Of a DNA stretch of 64,000 bases, positions 48,624 through 62,200 are shown one piece after another (position 1 is the stretch's first letter; every line of letters starts with the position of its first letter). The stretch is from the human T2T-CHM13v2.0 reference genome, Homo sapiens. The DNA is taken from NCBI RefSeq assembly GCF_009914755.1, contig NC_060932.1; one strand, 5' to 3'. The notes beneath the pieces were generated by a model. The model was given only the letters and a program-made list of their open reading frames with translations, did not search any database and was not told where the DNA came from. The position numbers and the translations under genes were made by a program.

Positions 48624-50371
48624 TCCAAGGGCTTGAACATTTCTTGACTTGTTGGCAATCCAAATCGTTACGTCTCCGAAACAGAGTTGACTGAGGGGAC
48701 CGCAGGGCTGGGCAGGACCTTTGACTTCCTATACATCCACAGGAGCAAGAAAACCTCAGCCCCACTCTACCAACACGCACCTAGTAAAATTCCGCCAACC
48801 GCATCTCACGCACGCTAACACGTGGGGAGCGTTGCTTGCACCACGAGTCCCCATTTGGCTCAACCGCCGATGCCAAGTGTGTGGTTCCAGTTGCGACGGC
48901 CCCCCGTGAAGTGGCTTCCGGATGTGCGAATGAACCAGGCAGAGTTTCACTGGCCAAATAGACCCCAGCAAAGCTGAAGTTAACTCCCACATTTGGGATG
49001 TACTTCAGAGGTAAAACATTCATCCCGTCTTCTTTCCGGATGTCTGACACCATGGTTCTCCCCCTGATCCTAAGAGTAGCTGAGGCAGAGACTCACTGAA
49101 AGATCTAGGCGGGGATATCCCATCATGCACAGGCTCTCTCCATTCTCTGACCTGGGAACAACTCTCAGCAGGATTCCACATCTAGGAGGCCTCGGAACTC
49201 AGCGGGATTTTCTGAGACACACCAACTGGCTGCTCCCTCTCCGCCGCTGTTGAGGGTCGTTATCTTGATTATCCAGATCACCTAGAAAGTATCCGTATCC
49301 AGAATGAATAAGATCAACTCTCTGCTCCTCTGACAGCAGAAGGAGCAGGACCGTAAGGAACCAAAGAGCGTGGAAGGAAACGATGTGACAGGAAAGCTCA
49401 GAGAACGGCCACAGGGGGTCGTCAGCAGGCCTTCCAACCTGAATCATGAATAATTAATGAAGCGCAAATCAAAGGGGACTCGAGTTTCAGCAGGAGCAAT
49501 TCATCCAACGGGAGATCGCCGGAGGGCCAACAAGATTGAGTGACTGGGAGCCGGGTGCAGTGTCAAAGGGGACGCGACTGGTTCCAAAGCTCGAGAAGAC
49601 CATGGGGTCACTTGGGCTACATGAGAAAACGCCCCAGTGTGCTGGTTCATCATTCCGACTCCTGCCTGTCTCTTCCCGTCCAAGGAACATGGACCCTAAG
49701 TCGTGCAGGTGCGGATGACCATGGGCAGAATTAGGGGCCGTGGCACAAAAGTTCACCGACACGGGAGTTCCACAGAAGGTGCGGTGGATCTTCGCAAATC
49801 CAGAGACATGGCAATGGGACCCAGGGAATTAGAGCCTCACAGGCGTCCGGGAGACTTTTCAGGCATAATGCCTGGAGTCGCAAGAGGAGCTGAAAAAGGA
49901 GCCAGGCACTGAAGGACAAAGCGTTGTTGACTTTCCTCATCTGTGTTTCCCAGTGCGGTCCAATTCACGGTTGTTTCCAAGCGCCTCCTGGGGGAGAAAA
50001 CACATGAGGGTGCGGTCAGGGTTCTCTGCTGACAGACTTACCTTGGGGAAGAAAGAGAAGCTCTGAAGATGGATCATGGCCGTGACTGCATGTCAAGGAG
50101 AGTCTCCTTGATGACACTGAGGCCTACGTCGAGATAGACAAAATGTGGTCCAATTAAAAGGTGTCTATTTTACCACATTTTTTAAAACAAAACAAAACAA
50201 AACAACAAAAAAGATGGAAAAGAAGACAGGGGTACAGGCACCAGTGTTACATGTCTGACGGGGAACATCTATTGTTCAAAGCTTGCAGCTGTACAAGTAG
50301 GTTTTAGAATGTCTGTCAGCAGTGGACATGATCTTAGAGTGGGCTGTGCAGATAGACCTTTCCAGGTCATG

Positions 50372-50488
50372 TAATTGGATTAAGTTAATTGCAATTAAGG
50401 TACAGGTAACTGATTAGGTTAGGGTACGTTCCATGTCAGGTGACCAGAGGCAGTATGAAAGGCAGCCTGGAAAGCGGAGGTCCCTCTC
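50372..50488 (+). promoter_or_regulatory. Putative FAM90A core promoter (G7), variant TATGAAAG
   Basis: DUX4-type motif 50411-50421; TATGAAAG 50454-50461. Confidence 0.7.
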
Positions 50489-51613
50489 TGCCCCTTCCTC
50501 CGTCGTCCTGGATGCTGCATCGCTTCCAGCCGGGCTGCTGCAGCACCTGCCCATCTCAGCGCCAGCCTGGGAAAGAAAGTAGACGTGTAATTTCAGGTTG
50601 GTTTCGCTGAACAATTGTTTGTTTCACGCAATCCCTGAGGGGTTTTTGCGGGGGGTGTGGGGGAGGAAGAGACAAAGGAGGCCGAAAGAAACCGATCACA
50701 CTGGGGCTTGCTGGTGGGGTAGGATGTGTTCTCGTTACTAGTAATTCTTGGAACAGAAAACGAGAAAACATATCCGTCTCCACGTGTGGGAGAAGACCAA
50801 GATGGGAATGGGAAAAGAAATGTACTGCAGCATGCTGAATTGGTGGGTAAATGGAAAAAGGACTTTGGAAAAAAGGGGGGTTTGCCCTTCAGCCGTGTAA
50901 GACGTCGATACGATACGGCACTTCTTCCCCGTTTGTTCAGATGAATTCGTGTGGTGTGCGTAAAATACCAGGAAAATAAATAAAGAGGGGCTGGAGCTAA
51001 AGCCAAAAGATAGAACAGGAAAGATCCTCACCTGCTAGTGCGGTAGAGAGGAAGGTAACTTCTCTGTATGAATTTGTGCTTGGAAGTTGCCTAATGAAAT
51101 GGCAAGAGTAGCGATTCAAGTTGTCACAGGAAGCATCCCTTATCCGTGACTTCAAGCAGACCTGCCAAAGGGTGGCACACGCCATGCCCTGTGTCTTCGA
51201 TCATTCTGTCCGTCAAGGGAGATAGAATCACCGTGTCTTCTACCGGAGTGAATCGTGAGAGACCTAAGTCCAGTCTCCAGAATCAGTTGTTTGTTTGGGG
51301 TTGAAAGCTCAACCCCCCCATACCTAGGCCACGGGCCCTGTGGCAGGTGGGGTTTACTCTTGGACTAGGTAGTCATGGCAGAGGAACACACAATATCCGA
51401 GGATGCGCACAGCACATTGTGTTCTACAGATTTGACCGACTGGTGGTGAGGTCTCCTCATGACCACACAGGCAGGGAGTTAGCAGGTGGCTTCCTGTGGG
51501 TGTGTGAATATCCAACGTGCTTAACCATCGACATGTGTGTGTTTGTGTGTGTTTCAGGTGGCCCAACAGTCCACCCCTGAAAAAGGCGGTCATAAAACCC
51601 CCAGGAGACGAAG

Positions 51614-54600
51614 ATGATGGCACGTCGGGACCCCAAATCTTGGGCCAAGAGACTGGTGAGAGCCCAGACCCTCCAGAAGCAGCAGAGGGCCCCAGTTGGG
51701 CGAAGGGCTCCCCCGCCCGATGAAGAAGATCCCAGGGTAAGTGTAGCCCTGGATCTCTTGGGTATCGGGGTGGGGGTGGGGACGGGGGGAGGGGGTGTCC
51801 CACGGTCCTCAGAGACTGGGTTGGATTCCAAAGAGTTCTGTCACCACCAGCCAGGTTGCTTTTCCCATCCAAGGTGGGCGTGGCTTGGGACCTTCTCCCC
51901 GGCCCGATAGGTCCCTTGAGAGACTCTTGGGGGCAACCTCCCTTTCTACTTAGAGTCCTGTGTAGCCACGTTTGGCTGCGTTGTTGACATCGGCTTCACC
52001 ATCGTGCCCCTTGGAACCTTGAGTCCTTCCTTTCAGAGTTCCTCCGTCACATGGGCTTTGCGAGGGAACATCGCATCCGAACTCTCCCAGCACTTAACGG
52101 CCCCCATGCCGGTGTCCCCTCTTTGGAATCCTTATTCAGCTCTGAATTCACAATCCGTCCCAATGTTGACGTGGGATCGCTGCCTGTGGCTTCAGCTCAC
52201 TCACTGACATCACTTCCTTTCCACCCGCAGCTCAAGTGCAAAAACTGCGGGGCCTTTGGCCACACGGCCAGAAGTACCAGGTGCCCCATGAAGTGCTGGA
52301 AGGCAGCCCTGGTTCCAGCGACCTTGGGGAAAAAGGAAGGGAAGGAAAACCTGAAACCATGGAAGCCCCGGGGTGAAGCCAACCCGGGGCCCTTGAACAA
52401 GGATAAGGGAGAGAAGGAAGAGAGACCAAGGTGAGCAGTGGGAGGGGTTTTCACCACTCTTAGGGTACGGCCTCCCAAGGACATGGTGTCTCTGCACCTG
52501 CACACCGTGTGCCTTTCCGTCTCCGGGCCAGGGAAGGAACGCTGCAGAGAAATAGGCCGGAGCTCCGTGTCCTCCGGGGTTCCACACCCAGGAGCTCCTT
52601 GGGCTCTGGGAGATTCAGGGACGGGGAGAGGCGGGGGCGCTTCGTGCAGGTTCCCCACGACAGCGGGAAAAGCGATGGAATCCAAATCACAGTCCTTAGT
52701 TGGGAAGCCTAGAGGGCCACCTGGAGGATGGGAAGGTTGGCACGTGAGGGAAGGTGCAGAGGCGGAAAGGGCACCAGATGTCCATTTCTGTATCACAAAA
52801 CACGGAATGGGGCTGGGCCCCAGACGGGGTTCTCCCTGTCTCCTGGGGAAAACCAGGGGGCACGGCCTGACCTTCTTCTGTTCTGCAGGCAACAAGACCC
52901 GCAGAGGAAGGCTCTCCTCCACATGTTTTCCGGGAAACCTCCAGAGAAGCCGCTGCCGAATGGAAAAGGATCCACGGAATCTTCTGATTATCTGAGGGCG
53001 AGTGTCACCCCGGGCCCCTGGTCTTTTTCTCCTCTAGGTCACCCTGGTTGATTTCCTTTCAGCTTCCCGTCTGCGGGAGGAAATCGGGGAACCCCTCTTT
53101 CTTGCCTTCTTGGGGTCAGGGACTCCACGATCCTTCCAGGTCAATTGGATTCCAGGCGAAGGCATCTGAACATGCCGTATTTCCTGTTGCTTTCTTTCTG
53201 TCCAATTATGGCAAGCCTGCCAACAACACGTTCCTAGCGGCATGAGGAAATTAGTCCCTCAGAGGCCCCAAACGTGGAGAAGGCGAAACCCAGGAACATG
53301 CATGTGTTCAGAGAAGACGTCCCGAGTACCCTTGAGCCAGCAACCTGCCTTGGGAAGGGCATTAGTCCGTTCCACTTCATGGAAGGCTGAGTGGAGGCGC
53401 TTTGATCCAGTTAATGCCCAAGACGCGATCTTTTGAACAATGGTGTGCTTAGATCAGCTACACATAGCTCGAGAGCGCATCTTTCATGTGTCTTGTCCTG
53501 ATCAGCACTCAGGTGGAGGGTCTGTCCCTACTTCCAAGGACCGCCTGTCGATACTGTACTAAGAATTTCATGGCGTGTGCACCTTGTCTTTGGATGTGCT
53601 TGATTTTCACGTTGGCTCCATGCTGAGGAACTTCTAACCTGTGTTGTTTCCTCTCTTTCAGGTTGCAAGCGGGCCAATGCCGGTCCACACAACCAGTAAG
53701 AGGCCGCGCTTGGACCCTGTCCTCGCTGATCGCTCAGCTACCGCAATGTCTGGCAGGGGCTCCGTCTTGGCTTCACTGTCTCCCCTCAGAAAAGCCAGCC
53801 TGAGCTCCTCCTCAAGTCTTGGACCAAAGGAAAGACAGACAGGGGCTGCGGCCGACATGCCTCAGCCTGCAGTCAGGCACCAGGGCCGCGAGCCTCTCCT
53901 CGTGGTGAAGCCGACACACAGCCGCCCCGAGGGTGGCTGCCGAGAAGTTCCCCAGGCTGCCTCCAAAACCCACGGACTGCCCCAGGCCGCCAGACCCCAG
54001 GCACAAGACAAACGTCCTGCGGTGACCTCACTGCCCTGCCCGCCAGCCGCCACACACAGCTTGGGCCTAGGCTCCAATCTCAGCTTCGGGCCAGGAGCCA
54101 AGAGACCTGCCCAGGCTCCGATTCAGGCTTGCCTGAACTTCCCCAAGAAACCGAGACTGGGTCCCTTCCAGATCCCCGAAAGCGCCATCCAGGGAGGTGA
54201 GCTGGGGGCCCCGGAGAATCTCCAACCTCCGCCAGCCGCAACCGAACTTGGACCAAGTACGTCGCCCCAGATGGGCAGGAGGACACCGGCCCAGGTGCCC
54301 AGCGTCGACCGGCAGCCTCCGCACAGCACACCTTGCCTGCCTACTGCCCAGGCCTGCACCATGTCCCATCACTCAGCGGCCAGCCATGATGGGGCCCAGC
54401 CTCTCAGAGTGCTCTTCCGGAGACTGGAAAACGGACGCTGGAGCTCCAGCCTCCTGGCGGCCCCCTCATTTCACTCTCCTGAGAAGCCGGGAGCCTTCCT
54501 CGCTCAGAGTCCTCATGTGTCAGAGAAGTCTGAGGCTCCCTGTGTTCGTGTCCCACCGAGCGTCCTCTATGAGGACCTTCAGGTTTCCTCCTCCTCAGAG

Positions 54601-54624
54601 GACAGCGATTCTGACCTGGAGTGA
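51614..54624 (+). CDS. FAM90A: FAM90A family protein, 464 aa (copy G7, apparently chimeric)
   Basis: Exons 51614-51736, 52231-52430, 52889-52997, 53662-54624. Variants Q24,R30,P251,L268,T367. Confidence 0.95.
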
Positions 54625-55238
54625 GACTGCAGGTGGCAGGGGCTCCTTGGCCTCCAGCTCCCGTGACTTGGAGGGGACTGTGGGACTGAGGAGCGCAGAG
54701 CAGAGAGCACACTCTGTGCGGTGACTCCGAAGCTCCCCGGCTGTGGCGCTTCTGTGGATGTGGGAGCCCAGGCCAGGCAGGGAGCAGATGCAGGGACTCT
54801 GCCTCATTGAATTCTGGTGAGGGACGTTGTAGTTGGCGTGGTTCTCCGGAAACGCGCCAGGAAAAGCTTCCGTGCCAGAGATTCGTTGCCTCAGAAACTG
54901 CGTGACGCGCAGGAGTCAGACTTCCGCTGGGACGTCAATAGGAAACTGGGGAATTACTGTGTATTTGCTGTCTAGATGACTGAATAAGGGAAAAGTTAGG
55001 GAACCCTGAGAGGTGCAGCCCTTCCGCTGTGCCCCGCCCTGAGAGCAGTGTTTCGGACGCTGGGAAGCGTGCTGTGCGAAGCGCTCTCGGGGTCTTTCCT
55101 CAGCCTCGAAAACTGGGCTCTGGAATGCCTTTGTACATATGTGTGTTTAATGGGTTTTGAAGTGAATAAAATTCTCAAAAAGATGACGTATTGTCTTTTG
55201 ACTCTCATTCCGTGTTTGTGTGTAACTGATTTTCCAAG

Positions 55239-56271
55239 TGAAGGGGTGGCCTGCCCCTCCACACCTGTGGGTGTTTCTAGTCGGGTGGGATGAGAGACGG
55301 AGAAAAGAAATAAGACACAGAGACAAAGTATAGGGAGACAACAGTGGGTCCAGGGGACCGGCACTCAGCACACCTAGGACCTGCACCGGCACCGGCCTCT
55401 GAGTTCCCTCAGTTTTTATTGATTATGATTTTCATTATTTCAGCACAAAGGAATGCAGTAGGGGAGCAGGGTGATAATAAGGGGAAGGTCAACAACAACA
55501 ACAAAAAACAAACACGTGAGCAAAAGAATCCATATCATTATTAAGTTCAAGGGAAGGTACTATGCCTGGACGTGCACGTAGGCCAGATTTATGTTTCTCT
55601 CCACACAAATATCTCAGCGGAGTAAAGAATAACAAGGCAGCATTACTGCCAACATGTCTCGCCTCCCGCCACAGGGCAGCTTTTCTCCGAGCTCAGAGTT
55701 GAACAAATGTACGATCGGGCTTTACACCGAGACATTCAGTTCCCAGGGGCAAGCAGGAGACAGTGGCCTTCCTCCATCTGAACTGCAAGAGGCGTTCCTC
55801 TTTGACTAATCCACCTCAGCACAGACCCATTGCGGGTGTCAGGCTGGGGGACATTCAGGACTTTCCCATCCCACGAGGCCACATTTCAGACTGTCACATG
55901 GGGAGAAACCTTGGACAATACCCTGCTTTCAAGGGCAGAGGTCCCTGTGGCTTTCCACGGTGCATTGCGCCCCTGGTTTATTGAGACTAGAGAATGGCAA
56001 TGACTTCTACCAAGTATACTGCTCGTAAACATTTGGTTAACAAGGCGCGTCCTGCACAGCCCTAGATCCCTTAAACCTCGATTTTATACAACACAGGTTT
56101 TTGTGAGCTCCAAGTTGGGTCAAAGGAAGGGGCTTCGGGAAAGCTACAAATGATCAACATCTCAGTAAAGCAATTGTTTAAAGTACAGGTCTTTTTCAAA
56201 ATGGAGTCTCTTATGTCTTCCCCTTCTACATAGACACAGTGACAGTCTGATCTCTCTTTCTTTACCCTACA
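55239..56271 (-). mobile_element. Solo HERV-K(HML-2) LTR5A-like (more diverged copy)
   Basis: Same termini and TSD. Multiple SNVs relative to copies 1-7, some shared with the last copy. Confidence 0.93.
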
Positions 56272-58024
56272 TCCAAGGGCTTGAACATTTCTTGACTTGT
56301 TGGCAATCCAAATCGTTACGTCTCCGAAACAGAGTTGACTGAGGGGACCGCAGGGCTGGGCAGGACCTTTGACTTCCTATACATCCACAGGAGCAAGAAA
56401 ACCTCAGCCCCACTCTACCAACACGCACCTAGTAAAATTCCGCCAACCGAATCTCACGCACGCTAACACGTGGGGAGCGTTGCTTGAACCACGAGTCCCC
56501 ATTTGGCTCAACCGCCGATGCCAAGTGTGTGGTTCCAGTTGCGACGGCCCCCCGTGAAGTGGCTTCCGGATGTGCGAATGAACCAGGCAGAGTTTCACTG
56601 GCCAAATAGACCCCAGCAAAGCTGAAGTTAACTCCCACATTTGGGATGTACTTCAGAGGTAAAACATTCATCCCGTCTTCTTTCCGGATGTCTGACACCA
56701 TGGTTCTCCCCCTGATCCTAAGAGTAGCTGAGGCAGAGACTCACTGAAAGATCTAGGCGGGGATATCCCATCATGCACAGGCTCTCTCCATTCTCTGACC
56801 TGGGAACAACTCTCAGCAGGATTCCACATCTAGGAGGCCTCGGAACTCAGCGGGATTTTCTGAGACACACCAACTGGCTGCTCCCTTTCCGCCGCTGTTG
56901 AGGGTCGTTATCTTGATTATCCAGATCAACTAGAAAGTATCCGTATCCAGAATGAATAAGATCAACTCTCTGCTCCTCTGACAGCAGAAGGAGCAGGACC
57001 ATAAGGAACCAAAGAGCGTGGAAGGAAACAATGTGACAGGAAAGCTCAGAGAACGGCCACAGGGGGTCGTCAGCAGGCCTTCCAACCTGAATCATGAATA
57101 ATTAATGAAGCGCAAATCAAAGGGGACTCGAGTTTCAGCAGGAGCAATCCATCCAACCGGAGATCGCCGGAGGGCCAACAAGATTGAGAGACTGGGAGCC
57201 GGGTGCAGTGTCAAAGGGGACGCGACTGGTTCCAAAGCTCGAGAAGACCATGGGGTCACTTGGGCTACATGAGAAAACGCCCCAGTGTGCTGGTTCATCA
57301 TTCCGACTCCTGCCTGTCTCTTCCCGTCCAAGGAACATGGACCCTAAGTCGTGCAGGTGCGGATGACCATGGGCAGAATTAGGGGCCGTGGCACAAAAGT
57401 TCACCGACACGGGAGTTCCACAGAAGGTGCGGTGGATCTTCGCAAATCCAGAGACATGGCAATGGGACCCAGGGAATTACAGCCTCACAGGCGTCCGGGA
57501 GACTTTTCAGGCATGATGCCTGGAGTCGCAAGACCAGCTGAAAAAGGAGCCAGGCACTGAAGGACAAAGCGTTGTTGACTTTCCTCATCTGTGTTTCCCA
57601 GTGCGGTCCAATTCACGGTTGTTTCCAAGCGCCTCCTGGGGGAGAAAACACATGAGGGTGCGGTCAGGGTTCTCTGCTGACAGACTTACCTTGGGGAAGA
57701 AAGAGAAGCTCTGAAGATGGATCATGGCCGTGACTGCATGTCAAGGAGAGTCTCCTTGATGACACTGAGGCCTACGTCGAGATAGACAAAATGTGGTCCA
57801 ATTAAAAGGTGTCTATTTTACCACATTTTTTAAAACAAAACAAAACAAAACAAAACAACAAAAAAGATGGAAAAGAAGACAGGGGTACAGGCACCAGTGT
57901 TACATGTCTGACGGGGAACATCTATTGTTCAAAGCTTGCAGCTGTACAAGTAGGTTTTAGAATGTCTGTCAGCAGTGGACATGATCTTAGAGTGGGCTGT
58001 GCAGACAGACCTTTCCAGGTCATG

Positions 58025-58141
58025 TAATTGGATTAAGTTAATTGCAATTAAGGTACAGGTAACTGATTAGGTTAGGGTACGTTCCATGTCAGGTGACCAG
58101 AGGCAGTATAAAAGGCAGCCTGGGAAGCAGAGGTCCCTCTC
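58025..58141 (+). promoter_or_regulatory. Putative FAM90A core promoter (G8), canonical TATAAAAG
   Basis: DUX4-type motif 58064-58074; TATAAAAG 58107-58114. Confidence 0.75.
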
Positions 58142-59266
58142 CGCCCCTTCCTCCGTCGTCCTGGATGCTGCATCGCTTCCAGCCGGGCTGCTGCAGCACC
58201 TGCCCATCTCAGCGCCAGCCTGGGAAAGAAAGTAGACGTGTAATTTCAGGTTAGTTTCGCTGAACAATTGTTTGTTTCACGCAATCCCTGAGGGGTTATT
58301 GCGGGGTGTGGGGGGGAGGAAGAGACAAAGGAGGCCGAAAGAAACCGATCACACTGGGGCTTGCTGGTGGGGTAGGATGTGTTCTCGTTACTAGTAATTC
58401 CTGGAACAGAAAACGAGAAAACATATCCGTCTCCACGTGTGGGAGAAGACCAAGATGGGAATGCGAAAAGAAATGTACTGCAGCATGCTGAATTGGTGGG
58501 TAAACGGAAAAAAGGACTTTGGAAAAAAGGGGGGTTTGCCCTTCAGCCGTGTAAGACGTCGATACGATACGGCACTTCTTCCCCGTTTGTTCAGATGAAT
58601 TCGTGTGGTGTGCGTAAAATACCAGGAAAATAAACAAAGAGGTGCTGGAGCTAAAGCCAAAAGATAGAACAGGAAAGACCATCACCTGCTAGTGCGGTAG
58701 AGAGGAAGGTAACTTCTCTGTATGAATTTGTGTTTGGAAGTTGCCTAATGAAATGGCAAGAGTAGCGATTCAAGTTGTCACAGGAAGCATCCCTTATCCG
58801 TGACTTCAAGCAGACCTGCCAAAGGGTGGCACACGCCATGCCCTGTGTCTTCGATCATTCTGTCCGTCAAGGGAGATAGAATCACCGTGTCTTCTACCGG
58901 AGTGAATCGTGAGAGACCGAAGTCCAGTCTTCAGAATCAGTTGTTTGTTTGGGGTTGAAAGCTCAACCCCCCATACCTAGGCCACGGGCCCTGTGGCAGG
59001 TGGGGTTTACTCTTGGACTAGGTAGTCATGGCAGAGGAACACAAAATATCCGAGGATGCACACAGCACATTGTGTTCTACAGATTTGACCCACTGGTGGT
59101 GAGGTCTCCTCATGACCACACAGGCAGGGAGTTAGCAGGTGGCTTCCTGTGGGTGTGTGAATATCCAACGTGCTTAACCATCGACATGTGTGTGTTTGTG
59201 TGTGTTTCAGGTGGCCCAACAGTCCACCCCTGAAAAAGGCGGTCATAAAACCCCCAGGAGACGAAG

Positions 59267-62200
59267 ATGATGGCACGTCGGGACCCCAAATCTTGGGCCA
59301 AGAGACTGGTGAGAGCCCAGACCCTCCAGAAGCAGCGGAGGGCCCCAGTTGGGCCAAGGGCTCCGCCGCCCGATGAAGAAGATCCCAGGGTAAGTCTAGC
59401 CCTGGATCTCTTGGGTATCGGGGTGGGGGTGGGGACGGGGGGAGGGGGTGTCCCACGGTCCTCAGAGACTGGGTTGGATTCCAAAGAGTTCTGTCACCAC
59501 CAGCCAGGTTGCTTTTCCCATCCAAGGTGGGCGTGGCTTGGGACCTTCTCCCCGGCCCGATAGGTCCCTTGAGAGACTCTTGGGGGCAACCTCCCTTTCT
59601 ACTTAGAGTCCTGTGTAGCCACGTTTGGCTGCGTTGTTGACATCGGCTTCACCATCGTGCCCCTTGGAACCTTGAGTCCTTCCTTTCAGAGTTCCTCCGT
59701 CCCGTGGGCTTTGCGAGGGAACATCGTATCCGAACTCTCCCGGCACTTAACGGCCCCCATGCCGGTGTCCCCTCTTTGGAATCCTTATTCAGCTCTGAAT
59801 TCACAATCCGTCCCAATGTTGACGTGGGATCGCTGCCTGTGGCTTCAGCTCACTCACTGACATCACTTCCTTTCCACCCACAGCTCAAGTGCAAAAACTG
59901 CGGGGCCTTTGGCCACACGGCCAGAAGTACCAGGTGCCCCATGAAGTGCTGGAAGGCAGCCCTGGTTCCAGCGACCTTGGGGAAAAAGGAAGGGAAGGAA
60001 AACCTGAAACCATGGAAGCCCCGGGGTGAAGCCAACCCGGGGCCCTTGAACAAGGATAAGGGAGAGAAGGAAGAGAGACCAAGGTGAGCAGTGGGAGGGG
60101 TTTTCACCACTCTTAGGGTACGGCCTCCCAAGGACATGGTGTCTCTGCACCTGCACACCGTGTGCCTTTCCGTCTCCGGGCCAGGGAAGGAACGCTGCAG
60201 AGAAATAGGCCGGAGCTCCGTGTCCTCCGGGGTTCCACACCCAGGAGCTCCTTGGGCTCTGGGAGATTCAGGGACGGGGAGAGGCGGGGGCGCTTCGTGC
60301 AGGTTCCCCACGACAGCGGGAAAAGCGATGGAATCCAAATCACAGTCCTTAGTTGGGAAGCCTAGAGGGCCACCTGGAGGATGGGAAGGTTGGCACGTGA
60401 GGGAAGGTGCAGAGGCGGAAAGGGCACCAGATGTCCATTTCTGTATCACAAAACACGGAATGGGGCTGGGCCCCAGACGGGGTTCTCCCTGTCTCCTGGG
60501 GAAAACCAGGGGGCACGGCCTGACCTTCTTCTGTTCTGCAGGCAACAAGACCCGCAGAGGAAGGCTCTCCTCCACATGTTTTCCGGGAAACCTCCAGAGA
60601 AGCCGCTGCCGAATGGAAAAGGATCCACGGAATCTTCTGATTATCTGAGGGCGAGTGTCACCCCGGGCCCCTGGTCTTTTTCTCCTCTAGGTCACCCTGG
60701 TTGATTTCCTTTCAGCTTCCCGTCTGCGGGAGGAAATCGGGGAACCCCTCTTTCTTGCCTTCTTGGGGTCAGGGACTCCACGATCCTTCCAGGTCAATTG
60801 GATTCCAGGCGAAGGCATCTGAACATGCCGTATTTCCTGTTGCTTTCTTTCTGTCCAATTATGGCAAGCCTGCCAACAACACGTTCCTAGCGGCATGAGG
60901 AAATTAGTCCCTCAGAGGCCCCAAACGTGGAGAAGGCGAAACCCAGAAACATGCATGTGTTCAGAGAAGACGTCCCGAGTACCCTTGAGCCAGCAACCTG
61001 CCTTGGGAAGGGCATTAGTCCGTTCCACTTCATGGAAGGCTGAGTGGAGGCGCTTTGATCCAGTTAATGCCCAAGACGCGATCTTTTGAACAATGGTGTG
61101 CTTAGATCAGCTACACATAGCTCGAGAGCGCATCTTTCATGTGTCTTGTCCTGATCAGCACTCAGGTGGAGGGTCTGTCCCTACTTCCAAGGACCGCCTG
61201 TCGATACTGTACTAAGAATTTCATGGCGTGTGCACCTTGTCTTTGGATGTGCTTGATTTTCACGTTGGCTCCATGCTGAGGAACTTCTAACCTGTGTTGT
61301 TTCCTCTCTTTCAGGTTGCAAGCGGGCCAATGCCGGTCCACACAACCAGTAAGAGGCCGCGCTTGGACCCTATCCTCGCTGATCGCTCAGCTACCGCAAT
61401 GTCTGGCAGGGGCTCCGTCTTGGCTTCACTGTCTCCCCTCAGAAAAGCCAGCCTGAGCTCCTCCTCAAGTCTTGGACCAAAGGAAAGACAGACAGGGGCT
61501 GCGGCCGACATGCCTCAGCCTGCAGTCAGGCACCAGGGCCGCGAGCCTCTCCTCGTGGTGAAGCCGACACACAGCCGCCCCGAGGGTGGCTGCCGAGAAG
61601 TTCCCCAGGCTGCCTCCAAAACCCACGGACTGCCCCAGGCCGCCAGACCCCAGGCACAAGACAAACGTCCTGCGGTGACCTCACTGCCCTGCCCGCCAGC
61701 CGCCACACACAGCTTGGGCCTAGGCTCCAATCTCAGCTTCGGGCCAGGAGCCAAGAGACCTGCCCAGGCTCCGATTCAGGCTTGCCTGAACTTCCCCAAG
61801 AAACCGAGACTGGGTCCCTTCCAGATCCCCGAAAGCGCCATCCAGGGAGGTGAGCTGGGGGCCCCGGAGAATCTCCAACCTCCGCCAGCCGCAACCGAAC
61901 TTGGACCAAGTACGTCGCCCCAGATGGGCAGGAGGACACCGGCCCAGGTGCCCAGCGTCGACCGGCAGCCTCCGCACAGCACACCTTGCCTGCCTACTGC
62001 CCAGGCCTGCACCATGTCCCATCACTCAGCGGCCAGCCATGATGGGGCCCAGCCTCTCAGAGTGCTCTTCCGGAGACTGGAAAACGGACGCTGGAGCTCC
62101 AGCCTCCTGGCGGCCCCCTCATTTCACTCTCCTGAGAAGCCGGGAGCCTTCCTCGCTCAGAGCCCTCATGTGTCAGAGAAGTCTGAGGCTCCCTGTGTTC

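Noticed and set aside
1-53536. Array as a pure assembly duplication artefact
   Set aside because: Units carry distinguishing SNV combinations (TATA allele, coding and intronic variants), although the exact copy number cannot be verified without reads.
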